A DNA stretch of 63,274 bases, the filler included, from an uncultured bacterium (GTDB lineage: Bacteria > JAGOEH01), in assembly GCA_964632485.1 (NCBI GenBank). It is 4 parts of 4 records of this genome, joined end to end, with 100 filler letters (N's around TTAATTAATTAA, not from the genome) between each part and the next. Parts side by side here need not be neighbours in the genome. Positions count along the whole stretch, not along the records: positions 42,564 to 60,592 come from CAZWDO010000039.1; 3 more parts are not named here. The stretch is one strand, 5' to 3'. A program made the translations under genes and the position numbers. The number at the start of each line of letters is the position of its first letter. Position 1 is the stretch's first letter. The notes beneath the pieces are model-generated. The model did no database searches and was not told the origin of the DNA. It saw nothing but the letters and a program-made list of their open reading frames with translations. This document shows positions 48,271-58,615 of the stretch, piece by piece.

Positions 48271-50046
48271 ATGAAATGGATGGACATTGTAACGGCGTTG
48301 ATTGTAGTTTCCGGTTTTGTTTCAAGCCATGCGCAGAACCGTCTGGCCATGCTCTACGGCAGTCCGGGCATGGAATACGGCAAGGCGGGAGCCGTGGACA
48401 GAAGCGGCAACTATATCAATGGTTCTCTTTTCCAAAATACGATTGATGTGGATCCGGAAGCTGAATATCAGTTAGCGGCGCCGGGCGCCGCCACGCAAAT
48501 GGCGCTGACCAAATATGACCGATGCGGGCATCTCGTGTGGGCGAATTCAATTGGCGGCGAGTCCACCAGCGAAGCCCCGCACGGAATCGCAACCGATGCC
48601 GATAATAATATTTACGTGACTGGATATTTCGGGAGCGGGACGGTCTCAGGCTCCCAACCGGCGAATTTCGATCCGAGGGGAGGAGGCACGTTGGTCACGC
48701 AGGGCGGCGAGGATATCTTCTTAGCCAAATACGATAGCAACGGAACCTATTGCTGGGCCTTCGCCATGGGAAATGCCGCGGCCGACACTCGGGAGTGCGT
48801 CTGGGATATCGCCGTTGATGATCAGGGAAATAGTTACGTGGGGGGCGGATTTCACGGAACCATGAATTTCAATCCCCGCGGAACCGCTCTGAATGCTTCC
48901 CTGCCGGACACCACCGCCGGGCTGTTCATAGCCAGCTACGACCACGATGGAATATGCCGCTGGGTTGTTGTGCTGGATGTCAAGGGAAACGATGTTTTCA
49001 GCGAAACCTACGCCACCTGCGATCTGGATGGCTCAGGTTATCTCTATGTCGCCGGCAATTTTCGCGGGGCCAATGTCGATTTCAATCCCCTTGGGAGTTC
49101 AGTTCGTCTCTCCAGTTCAGGGCAGAACGATATTTTCATTGCCCGCTACTCCGTTGAAAACGGGAACCTAACCTGGGTGAAACGTATCGGAACCGCGGCT
49201 CAGGAATTGGTCTCGCCCGGAGCTCTGCGCTGCGATTCCTATGGCAATTGTTATTTCACGGGACGCCTCAGCGGTGTCAATACCGTGAATTTCGATCCGA
49301 ACGGCGGGCTTGCCAATGTCGTCAATTCTTCTCTTTATCTGGTCTCCTATAATCAGCAAGGCAATCTCCGCCATGCGGCGGGCATGAACAGCGGAACCGG
49401 GGACGGCGGACACCGCGTGGCGTTCGATCGTGACGGTTATCTGTATTTGACCGGCTGGATGAACCAGAGCGCCACTTTCGGAGTCTTAACCCGCACCGCA
49501 TTTTCGCCCACCGCGGATGTTTTTCTGGCAAAATATCTGCCGGATCTGAGCGTTTGTGACTGGGTTCTGAATTTCGGCGGAGAAGGCGCCTCTGGCCAGA
49601 ATATCGCCGCCGGGCTCAACGTAGACCCGGAGAATCATCCCCTCATTACCGGCCAGCTCTTTGGCGTCAATGCCAATGTCAATCCTTTGGGTGATGAACC
49701 CTGTTTTCTTTCCAGCGCGGGTCTGAACGACTGCTTTGTCTTGAAATACAATGCCGACGGAACGCTTTGGGAAAATGGGACGAGCGCTATCACCGAGATC
49801 CGGGCGGATTGGCGCTTGGCGATCTGGCCCAACCCGATCAGCGATTGGGTGTCGGTAAAAACTGTGGGGGAGGGGCTATGCCGGCTGGCGGTCTATACCC
49901 TGTTGGGACAAAAAGTGGCGCTGCGGGATTACTCCGGCGGTGTCGCCCGGCTCGACTGTTCGCTGTGGCCGCGCGGCGTCTATCTGCTGCGGCTGACGGA
50001 TGGAAACGGCCAGCCGCTCGCCACCCGAAAAATCATTAAAAAATGA
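48271..50046 (+). CDS. Secreted SBBP beta-propeller protein with T9SS-type C-terminal domain
   Basis: Repeats IATDADNNIYVTGYF...DIFLAKYDSNG; C-terminal IWPNPISD...GVYLLRL...KIIKK. Confidence 0.9.
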   Translation: MKWMDIVTALIVVSGFVSSHAQNRLAMLYGSPGMEYGKAGAVDRSGNYINGSLFQNTIDVDPEAEYQLAAPGAATQMALTKYDRCGHLVWANSIGGESTSEAPHGIATDADNNIYVTGYFGSGTVSGSQPANFDPRGGGTLVTQGGEDIFLAKYDSNGTYCWAFAMGNAAADTRECVWDIAVDDQGNSYVGGGFHGTMNFNPRGTALNASLPDTTAGLFIASYDHDGICRWVVVLDVKGNDVFSETYATCDLDGSGYLYVAGNFRGANVDFNPLGSSVRLSSSGQNDIFIARYSVENGNLTWVKRIGTAAQELVSPGALRCDSYGNCYFTGRLSGVNTVNFDPNGGLANVVNSSLYLVSYNQQGNLRHAAGMNSGTGDGGHRVAFDRDGYLYLTGWMNQSATFGVLTRTAFSPTADVFLAKYLPDLSVCDWVLNFGGEGASGQNIAAGLNVDPENHPLITGQLFGVNANVNPLGDEPCFLSSAGLNDCFVLKYNADGTLWENGTSAITEIRADWRLAIWPNPISDWVSVKTVGEGLCRLAVYTLLGQKVALRDYSGGVARLDCSLWPRGVYLLRLTDGNGQPLATRKIIKK

Positions 50047-50056
50047 AATCATCATT

Positions 50057-50265
50057 CGTCATTCCCGCCCCTCCGTCCTTCAGGGATCTCTTCTCTGTCA
50101 TTCCGGACTTAACCGCCAGTGCGACGCGGAGCCGGGCAGGCAGCTCACCCCCGGCATCCATTGGTATCTACCCTCTCTGTCATTCCACTCCCCGATCCGG
50201 AATCCATCTCCTCTTCGTCATTCCGGGCTTGACCCGGAATCCAGTCTTTTACCAATGGATGCGTA
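50057..50265 (+). repeat. Tandem cluster of four CGTC/TGTC-type REP palindromes
   Basis: YGTCATTCC starts at 50057, 50096, 50178 and 50216; best copy CGTCATTCCGGGCTTGACCCGGAATCCA. Confidence 0.85.
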
Positions 50266-50413
50266 TCGATGCCCCTCATGAAGGCTCGGGGGAGTGGATG
50301 CCGCATACTCCGCTGCTTAATAAGAATGGCTATTTTAACGCTGATAATTTTTTTGTTTGACTATCTTAATGATATTTATTTAATGTGTCCGTTGAAAAAA
50401 GTGGCAAAGAGCC

Positions 50414-50616
50414 TCCTTTTATCATAGGAGTTGGTAAAGGCTTATCGGTATCGTGCTTAAATTAAAGTAATTCAAGGCAGAGTATAAAGGACAAAAGGAG
50501 CTTAATATCAGACGGCTGGAAAAATACGAAATGAGAGATGCGGAGAATGAACCCGTGGGGCTGATACTTTGCTCGGAAAAGAAAAAGGAACAGTTTGAAT
50601 TAATGAACTTGGATTA
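50414..50616 (+). pseudogene. YhcG/DUF1016 PD-(D/E)XK C-terminal remnant
   Basis: FYHRSW*RLIGIVLKLK*FKAEYKGQKEL...ENEPVGLILCSEK with two stops; not in the ORF track. Confidence 0.75.
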
Positions 50617-50649
50617 TGAACTAATCAGTAAAGAGGTAACAGAATAGAT

Positions 50650-51292
50650 ATGGATAAATACAAAAGTAAATATCGTATTCAGTCGACTCGCGCCCAATGG
50701 TGGGATTATGGTTGGAATGGTGCGTATTTTATAACCATCTGCACCAAAAACCGCGAGCATTTTTTTGGGGAGATTGCGGATGGTAAAATGATTTTATCCA
50801 ATGCTGGAATAATTGCAGATATTTTTTGGCACGAAATATCCAATCATTTCCTATTCGTGGAATTGGGTAAATTTGTGGTAATGCCCAATCATATCCACGG
50901 AATATTGATTTTGGATAAACCGGATGAAGGAAACGGCAATAACGATAACATAGAGACAGGGCATGTCTCTACAACATGCCCTGTCTCTACAACAACAATC
51001 AATCGGGCGAACCCGATTTCAAAATATTGGTATAAATACAATTTCATCAATCATTGGTTCATACAAATCGGCCGTTACCAAACATGCCAATCGTTTGGGT
51101 TTGAATAACGGTTGGCAAACCCGGTTTCACGATCACATTATCCGTAATGATATTGAATATCAAAAAATATCAGAATATATTATTAATAATCCTGCAAATT
51201 GGAAAAATGATAAATTTTATGAGCATACAATCAAATACCGAACTGCGATTATCAGCCCGGCGGTAAAGGAGAAAGTAGAGGTGGAAATATGA
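50650..51292 (+). pseudogene. REP-associated tyrosine transposase (RAYT / Y1 HUH), frameshifted at 50966-50978
   Basis: WDY...GAYFITICT...VVMPNHIHGI (HUH) in the first frame; IIGSYKS...WQTRFHDHIIR...YIINNP (catalytic Tyr) in the second. Confidence 0.9.
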
Positions 51293-51499
51293 TTTTAAGC
51301 CCCTTAATTCTTTATAAGTCCTTTTCAGACTTTCGTTATGTAAAGTTGCATTTTCAACATTCCATTTTTTAAATACAAACTCCGACAGGCAGTTATTACA
51401 ATTTGGACACATTGAAGTCATTGATGTCGATTGGCATGATTGCCTCCCTGATAAGTAGCTTGGATTCCATACTCGCTGAGTAATAAAGAAAGGAGAAAT

Positions 51500-52408
51500 A
51501 TGCGGAAAAGAACTGATTTATGGAAAATTGTATTTTGCGTGATGCTTGGCGGGTGGATTCTATGCACTCAATCCGTTTCGCCGGTAACAAGCAATGAAAC
51601 CGATGATATGCGGGCTGAAGCGCCATTGTCGGATCCTGAGCGGCCCGCTGTCGATGACACGGTGAAGATCCTGTTTATCGGCAATAGCCTGACCTACTTC
51701 AACGATATGCCCGGAATGGTCGAGCAACTGGCCGTAACCGCCCGTAAAGCCGTAGTAGTCGATCAAGCTGTGGTCGGCGGCGTGGCGCTCCGCAACCTGG
51801 TCAACAATCCTGATATCAATGCCAGGATCAACGCGAATGATTGGGATTTTGTAGCGCTGCAATCGGACGATATCACCGCGTTTCCCGATATGTATCAGAT
51901 CGAGATTAATACCTTGAAAGCTTTTGAAAGCAAGATTCTGGCCAACAACAGCTCTACGAAGATCATCTACTTGATGGTGTGGGGGTTGCGAGACGGTGTG
52001 ACCGTTCTGGAATTGAACGGGGAATATGTTTTCTATTCCTATTTGGATTATATGTTGAAAATTTATCATGGCGCTTTGTACATAGCGGATAGGCTTGATT
52101 TGCTGATCGCACCCGCAGGTTGGGCCTGGAGGCAGACGCGAAATGAGCGCCCGGCTCTTGAACTTTTCAGCTCCGATAAAGCCCATCCTTCCTACAGGGG
52201 ATCGTATCTCACCGCCGCGGTTTATTATTCGGTCATCTTCAAGGAAAGCTGCGCCGGGATTATGTATAACGGCACATTGTCCAATGACGAAGCATATACT
52301 TTGCGCCGGATCGGTTCGGCCACGGTGCTGGATAGTCTCGAACTATGGCATCTGGATAAGCCCACTCTCATCGATGAACCGGCATGCCCGAGCGCGGGGC
52401 CGGAATGA
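51500..52408 (+). CDS. Exported SGNH/GDSL-type hydrolase, probably C-terminally truncated
   Basis: ILFIGNSLTY; WDFVALQ; DKAHPS. The stop codon lies inside a REP copy. Confidence 0.85.
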   Translation: MRKRTDLWKIVFCVMLGGWILCTQSVSPVTSNETDDMRAEAPLSDPERPAVDDTVKILFIGNSLTYFNDMPGMVEQLAVTARKAVVVDQAVVGGVALRNLVNNPDINARINANDWDFVALQSDDITAFPDMYQIEINTLKAFESKILANNSSTKIIYLMVWGLRDGVTVLELNGEYVFYSYLDYMLKIYHGALYIADRLDLLIAPAGWAWRQTRNERPALELFSSDKAHPSYRGSYLTAAVYYSVIFKESCAGIMYNGTLSNDEAYTLRRIGSATVLDSLELWHLDKPTLIDEPACPSAGPE

Positions 52409-52644
52409 CGGTGGTAGGATGACTCGTTGATTCCGGATCGGTGTCCGGAATGACGGAGGTTTTTATCCGTGGATGCCGGGTCAAGCCCGGCATGACGGAG
52501 GTGGGGGATGCTTTTTTCTTCGTAGCAGAAAGCTTTAGCTTTCGTCTTAAAATAAGGCGGGCTAAAGCCGCGCCGCTACAAAGAAAATCGATGGGATGCC
52601 GGGTCAAGCCCGGCATGACACTGACTATTGCCCATGGATGCCGG
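52381..52644 (-). repeat. REP cluster: four inverted CGTC-type copies plus a GTAG-type inverted pair (52522-52579)
   Basis: GGATGCCGGGTCAAGCCCGGCATGAC twice (52471, 52594); GATTCCGGATCGGTGTCCGGAATGACG (52429); GTAGCAGAAAGCTTTAGCTTTCG...GGCGGGCTAAAGCCGCGCCGCTAC. Confidence 0.85.
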
Positions 52645-52650
52645 TGGTTG

Positions 52651-53877
52651 TTATTTCGTCCGCAGTTGGCCGAACCATTCGATCATACCCATGATGCAGG
52701 GCAGACCCGCCGATTCGTGGTCAAGCCCCTGATATACCGTCAATTCCACATTCGCTCCACCCTGGGAAAACACCGCATACGCATTTTGGGCATTGAACAG
52801 TGGAACGATGCTGTCCGCTTCCCCATGGAAAAAGTGCAGCGGCGCGATGGGGATGCGATCCAGCAGGCTGTTGTTTCGCAAGGCGTTCAGGGTAATCGTG
52901 TCGGTTTCCTGGACAATCCCCTGTATGAATTCGGTTTTCATGAGCTGGCTCAAGGCGCCGGGAAGTTGGGCGGCGATTTCTCCCCATTCGTAATTGCCGT
53001 CGTAAAGATAGGCGACCCGTTCGGCGTAGGGACTGCGGAAAATCTGGTTCAGCCGGTTCCAGCCATGATAGTGATTGAAGCTGGCGAATACATAGCCCAC
53101 ATAGACCAGGTCCGGGTAATTTCCCATGCTGAATACGCGGGTGATGGTCTCTTCGAAATCGTAGGGACCGCCCATGGGAGCGGAGGCGGTTATCGTGAAT
53201 TCATCGGCATGGGCGGTCTCGAGCGCCTGCTGGACAGCGAGGGTGGCATACCCGCCTTCCGAATAGCCGGCTAAAAACAGCTCCCCGTTCAGTTCGATCC
53301 CCTCGCTCGCGCAGTATGATCGCGCGGCCCGCAGAAAATCGATCACGCTTTCGGTCAGGGACTGGCGGTCAAAATAGGGGTGCATGATTTCCGAAACGCC
53401 GAATCCGAGGTAATCCGGCACTGCGACGCAATAGCCCGTGCCGCTCATGATCAGCCCGGTCGCGCCCTCGGGAGAGTTCAGGGGATGTACCGATGCCGTC
53501 AGATCGCGTTTGCTTTGGGTGCCGTGTTGCAGGCTGACGAGGGGCAATGCCTCCGCCGATTCCCGGGGAATCATCAGCGCTCCGGACGCGGGAGCCGTTT
53601 CCCCGTTGGGGAGACAAGTCAGGTAATCGATTTCCACGACTTTGACCGAGTATTCGATGGTCAAATCCGAGTCGGCCGATAAATCAGCGCCCGCGGTTTC
53701 GTCGAGAATCGAGCGAATCACGTCCCGCGAGAAAAGGTTGACCATGCGCGTGGTCACAATGTCGCCGCGTTGCGAGGCCGGCGGGAATTCCGGTCCGCTG
53801 ACATTGTCGGTGGCGCATGCCGCCATGGCCATCCATGCTGCTAATATCGAATATAAAAAAACACGCTTCATCATCAT
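52651..53877 (-). CDS. Lipoprotein alpha/beta hydrolase (secretory-lipase-like)
   Basis: Lipobox MAAC; QHGT; PDYLGFG; GYSEGG nucleophile elbow; HGEADSIVP; LDH. Confidence 0.9.
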   Translation of the reverse strand: MMMKRVFLYSILAAWMAMAACATDNVSGPEFPPASQRGDIVTTRMVNLFSRDVIRSILDETAGADLSADSDLTIEYSVKVVEIDYLTCLPNGETAPASGALMIPRESAEALPLVSLQHGTQSKRDLTASVHPLNSPEGATGLIMSGTGYCVAVPDYLGFGVSEIMHPYFDRQSLTESVIDFLRAARSYCASEGIELNGELFLAGYSEGGYATLAVQQALETAHADEFTITASAPMGGPYDFEETITRVFSMGNYPDLVYVGYVFASFNHYHGWNRLNQIFRSPYAERVAYLYDGNYEWGEIAAQLPGALSQLMKTEFIQGIVQETDTITLNALRNNSLLDRIPIAPLHFFHGEADSIVPLFNAQNAYAVFSQGGANVELTVYQGLDHESAGLPCIMGMIEWFGQLRTK

Positions 53878-53902
53878 TGATTCCTTTTTTTAAATGCTTG
53901 AA

Positions 53903-56474
53903 TTAGAATTCGAATTCGATGCCGAATACCGGGACCCGCGACCACTGTTTGTAGGTTCCCGCCATATTGTAGTACTGGTCCCAGAAATGGTAGGAGTAGT
54001 TGGCATGGTCAAGCAGGTTGAAAATGCTCAGGTAAATGATCAGGTTGGAGCCGGAGAAATTGAAGCGGCGATCGACGCGAAGATTAACGCAACTGAACGC
54101 GGGCAAGCGTTTGGCCATCAGTTCTCCCATTTGGTACACGCCCCGCCGCACCAGTTCGGAGGTTTTTTGGTCGAAGGGAGTGTAGGGCGTGCCGCCGCTC
54201 AGGCTCCAGCGCAGGCTGAATTCCCATTTGGCATTGGGCTTGTAGCCGCCGTCCAGCGAGAAAAGGTAGCCGTTGTCCGTAACGCGGTTGACCCAGTTTT
54301 TTTCGCTATCCCGGTATTGGGTCTTCATTACTGTGGCGCTGATCAGCCCGTAGAATCCGTGCGAGAATTTTTTCTGCAGCATGATTTCGATCCCCTGAGC
54401 GTATGCGGTTCCGTCATCCGTCAGGCGGGAGTGGTTGGTGTAGCCCAGGTTCATGAGCGCTTCGTCCAGGATGAACACCGAGGGTTGATCCGGATCGCGC
54501 GGGATATGGCGGTATGATTTATTATAAGCCTCTATGGTCAGTCGCGTATCGTTGCGTAGTTGATGATGATAGCCGATCACCCAGTGAGCGGCTTCCATAT
54601 CGCGGAGGTTTTTGAATTCCGGATTTTGGGATAGAAAATACAAGGGGAGGTTCTGGTAATAGATGCCGGCCGCGGCCGTCCATTTGATGCGTTCGCCGAG
54701 CCGCAATTCCAGTGATAACCTCGGCGACAGATTGTGATGCGAGTTGAAGGAGCAGTGGTCGTAACGGAAGCTGGGGGCGACTGTCAGCCATCGATGGGGA
54801 TTCCACCGGTAATTGAGAAACAGGCTGTTTTTCCAGGTATGGATACTGCGATCGATCGTCATTTCGGGAGAAAATGTTCCCTGAAAATTGACATTCTCGG
54901 CGAAATAGTTATCATAGTCAGGGTAGAGCAGACGGGTTTCCGCGCCGAACTCGAGGGCGTGATTCGCGGCGATACGATAATAATGCGCGCTGCGCAGTTG
55001 CCATTGCCGGTCGCGGGTGTTGTTTCGGAACAACGTGCTTTCCGTATAGGGATGCAGGGTGTGGATATTGTTGTCGATCAGGGAATGGGAAAGGGTTGTT
55101 TGCGAATATCCGTTCGCGGGCCACAGGTAGCGCCAGTTCACGCCCAGGGTGTTCTGATCGACATTGAAGCGTCCGTACCAGTTTTTGGAATCGCTGATGG
55201 CGTATTTGCGCTGCATGGTCCAGCGNNNNNNNNNNGGCCGCGTAGATGTCGAGCAGGGAAATCCGGTGTCGGGCGTTTAGGTCATAGACGGCTTTGAACT
55301 GGATGTCGTCGTAATAGAGCGGTTTTTCATCATCGCCCATGACCTTCAGCAGGATATCGGTGAAACTGTGGCGAAACGATAGCAGCCAGCTTCCGTGTCC
55401 GGTTAGAGGGCCTTCTCCCAGCAGGGAAACCCCGGAAAAATTGAGATCGAACTGATAATCGGTTTCGCGGCGATTGCCTTCCCGGTAGCGGATGTCAATG
55501 ACGGAGGAAAGTGCGTCGCCATAGAGGGCGGAGAAGCCACCGGTCATGATGTCGATTCCGTCGATCAGATCGACTTGCAGCAGGGAAACGGCTCCGCCCT
55601 GGGAACCCGGTATCGGGAAATGGTTGATATTGGGGATACTGATATTGTCGATATAGAAGCTGTTTTCGAGGGGGCTGCCTCCGCGAGTGACGATCTGGTT
55701 GGTTTCATTTTCGTTGGAAAGTCCCGGCAGACTGTTGATGATGCGGCTGATGTCGCCGCCGAAAGTTGGAGCCCGGCGGATTTCTTCATTTGAATAACTG
55801 GCGATGCTGACTGCCTCGCGGTCGTTTTCCTGAAAATAGCTGCCTTCGACGATCACTTGTTCTCCCTCGATGGACACGGCATTCAATTGGACGTTTTGCC
55901 AGGTGATGCGGTTCGATTTGACGATCACATCGGGAATGATGCTGCTTTCATAACCTATGAACCAGACTCGCAGCTCATAGCTGCCTACCGGCACGGAATG
56001 AATAGTGAACCGGCCGGCGCTGTCGCTGGCAGCTCCATTTTCCGTAGCGATCAGCATGATGTTGGCGCCATAAAGGGGTGTGAGGGTTTCGCCGTCGATT
56101 ACCTGGCCGCAGATTTCCCCTTCACGGTTCGTTCCGTGTCGGGGAATTATTACCAGTTGTCGCCCGGCGCTCTCCTTCTGAGTGTTGCCAGTCATCTCCA
56201 GCAGCAGGTCCAGTACTTCCCGCGTCGGTTTATTGTTCAGCGAGAGGCTCACCAACTGATCGGCACGTATTTTCTTGTGGTTGTAATTGAAGCGAACGCC
56301 GCTCCTGATTTCAATTTCGGCTAAGGCTTCCTTGAGCGTAATCTGAGCAAAGCTCACGGATATCGCCTGCTCGAGCGAAGATTGGGTGTTCGTGGAGCGT
56401 TCGATCGTCGGGGATTGGGCTCGAAGGGCGGCCCCGGCGATGAGCAATAGCATGGCTATCCATAATGATTTCAT
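53903..56474 (-). CDS. TonB-dependent receptor/transducer (STN, carboxypeptidase-regulatory-like, plug, barrel), split by a 10-N gap at 55226-55235
   Basis: N-terminal STN-like domain; plug IVTRGGSPLENSFYID...NINHF; barrel ending in FGIEFEF. Confidence 0.9.
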
Positions 56475-56517
56475 GAATTCTCCTTAACGTGGTTGAATGA
56501 ATGTGGGTTGAAAAAGG

Positions 56518-57522
56518 TTATTTCAGTACATAGACGCCTGGTTTTTTTTCCATCACGTCGTATCCAGTCGCCAATGCCAGCATGCGGATCAGTTCCGGTA
56601 GAGAGGGGTTCTGGATATGCAGGGTGATGGTCTCTTCCGGCGATACTGTGGATTGGGTTTCAAAGCGAATGTCATAGCTCCGTTCCAACTGATCGAGTAT
56701 CTGGCGCAACGGAGTTCCGATAAACGAAAAATTATTGTTTTGCCATCCTGAAATTTCGTCAATATTCACCATGTATGCGGATAGCGGTTGACCTATGCTA
56801 TCGAGGCGGCTGCCCTGATTTTGGGTCAGGATCACTGCCGATTCAGGGTTGTGGCTGGCTGCGAAGGAAACCTGTCCCTCGCTGACGGCGACCTCTACTT
56901 CCCGTGCCTTCCAGGTTTTCACGTTGAACTGTGTTCCCAGCACCTGAATGCGCGCCTGTCCTGCATGTATCCGAAACGGATATTGAGGATCCGATTTGAT
57001 TTTGAAAAATCCTTCACCATTCAGGATGACTTCCCGGGTGTGATCCTTGAATGAAGCGGGATATTCGAGGCGACTGCCGGCAGCCAGGATCACTTCGCTA
57101 CCGTCGGATAGCAGGAAAGTCCGTTTTTGCCCATACGGTGCCTCGACAACATTAAAAGTTGGAAAAATCATACGGGATCCCCAATAGGAGATACCCAGGA
57201 CAATCAGGAACAGTGCCGCGATACGCAACGATCTGACCCAGAATATTTTGGTCGGTATCCATGTTGGCATCGGGCGTTCAGCATGAATGTCCCTTTTCTC
57301 CGATTTCGCATGAATGAGCTGCTGCATGTCCTGCCACAGCAGCCGAATGTCAACGGTGCGGCCGGAAGATTCCCGGGCGTTCCAAACACGTTCCATGCGG
57401 TTCAACCACTGGCGGTTTTCGGGGGCTGAAGTCAGCCATCGCTCAACTTCGACCATTTCTTTGGTTGAGCATTCCTGTGTCAGATATTTTGCCAGCAACG
57501 TCCAGTTGGGTTCCGTCAACAT
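56518..57522 (-). CDS. fecR: FecR-family anti-sigma factor
   Basis: LSDGSEVIL..GSRLEYP; REVILNGEGFF; VLGTQFNV; single TM segment. Confidence 0.92.
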   Translation of the reverse strand: MLTEPNWTLLAKYLTQECSTKEMVEVERWLTSAPENRQWLNRMERVWNARESSGRTVDIRLLWQDMQQLIHAKSEKRDIHAERPMPTWIPTKIFWVRSLRIAALFLIVLGISYWGSRMIFPTFNVVEAPYGQKRTFLLSDGSEVILAAGSRLEYPASFKDHTREVILNGEGFFKIKSDPQYPFRIHAGQARIQVLGTQFNVKTWKAREVEVAVSEGQVSFAASHNPESAVILTQNQGSRLDSIGQPLSAYMVNIDEISGWQNNNFSFIGTPLRQILDQLERSYDIRFETQSTVSPEETITLHIQNPSLPELIRMLALATGYDVMEKKPGVYVLK

Positions 57523-57764
57523 TTTTTATCTCCTTATTTGCGTATTTTACTTATAGTATGCTTGATATTTGAAATACCCCTACAAAAAAAATTTGGCACT
57601 GAAAAAAATAGGAATCGTCTCGCACCCGTCGCCAGTTTGTGGAAAAATTCATTGCCGGACAATCGATACCGGGATTGATAGCTGGTTCTATTTCATGTGA
57701 AATGGCGATACTTTGCTCTTGTTGAACAGGATTGGCTGCGGGAAGAAATTATGTTGGGGATTTT

Positions 57765-58421
57765 TTATAGAAATTCCGCGAGCTGATGACGCAGGCTTTT
57801 CAACGCCCGTCCCATTTGGGTTTCCACGGTTTTAAGCGAGATTCCCAGTACTTCGGCGATTTCCGAATATGTCAGGCTATCGAAACGGTTCATGGCAAAT
57901 ATCAACCGGCACCGTTCTGGGAGATGGTTGATGGCGCTTTCAATCTGTTGCCGCAATTCATTTGAATGCAGGACTTCTTCCGGGGTGACGGGTTGTCGCT
58001 CGTCCTCGATGAGAATCTCCCCTATGGAGTTCTCCAGTCTTTGCCGTCGCAGGTGTTGCAGTGCCTGATTCCTGACAATAGTATACAGGTAAGAACGGAT
58101 ACTGGCCGATGGATTCAAGCGGGCGCGGTTTTGCCAGATTTTCCAGAATGTTTCCTGCACAATCGTTTCAGCAGTTTCCGGTTGGCTGATAAAACGACCG
58201 CAAAAGCGCAGCAGGGGGATGAAATAGGCATGGTAGAGCGCCTCGAACGCTGATTCGGAATCTTCCCGTATCTGATGGGCCCATCGCGAATCGCGCGCGA
58301 ACCGATTCGGCTCGGGATCATCTGGCATTGTCGCTGAAAGCATAAATGGAAATAAAATCATAAAACTCCACTTTCGCGTTGGAAACCCGTTTCTAATTCT
58401 GTGAGGTTTTTCGGAAATCAA
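57765..58421 (-). CDS. ECF sigma-70 factor (FecI / Bacteroidetes-expansion type); start uncertain, possibly 58328
   Basis: AFEALYH...IVQETFWKIW...SYLYTIVRN...LPERCRLIF...YSEIAEVLGISLKTVETQMGRAL. Confidence 0.93.
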   Translation of the reverse strand: MISEKPHRIRNGFPTRKWSFMILFPFMLSATMPDDPEPNRFARDSRWAHQIREDSESAFEALYHAYFIPLLRFCGRFISQPETAETIVQETFWKIWQNRARLNPSASIRSYLYTIVRNQALQHLRRQRLENSIGEILIEDERQPVTPEEVLHSNELRQQIESAINHLPERCRLIFAMNRFDSLTYSEIAEVLGISLKTVETQMGRALKSLRHQLAEFL

Positions 58422-58615
58422 TCCGGGACACCGTCCATAAACGCATCTCCTTAAAATATCATAATTTATTTTTGAGCAGATGTCAAGTTTTTAATTTTGA
58501 TGTTAGTGTATCGATTTTTTTTGGTATTGAAGGTTTTATTTGTGGTGATAATCGACAGCAAAGTTGTTAGAAAACGCGAAAAATCTATCAAAACGTCTGT
58601 CGAAAAGTGCCGATT

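Noticed and set aside
52441..53274. 277-aa ORF with repeated GCRVKPGMT (also 16830-17114, 50043-50360, 52368-52616)
   Set aside because: Translations of REP palindromes plus antisense of the neighbouring gene.
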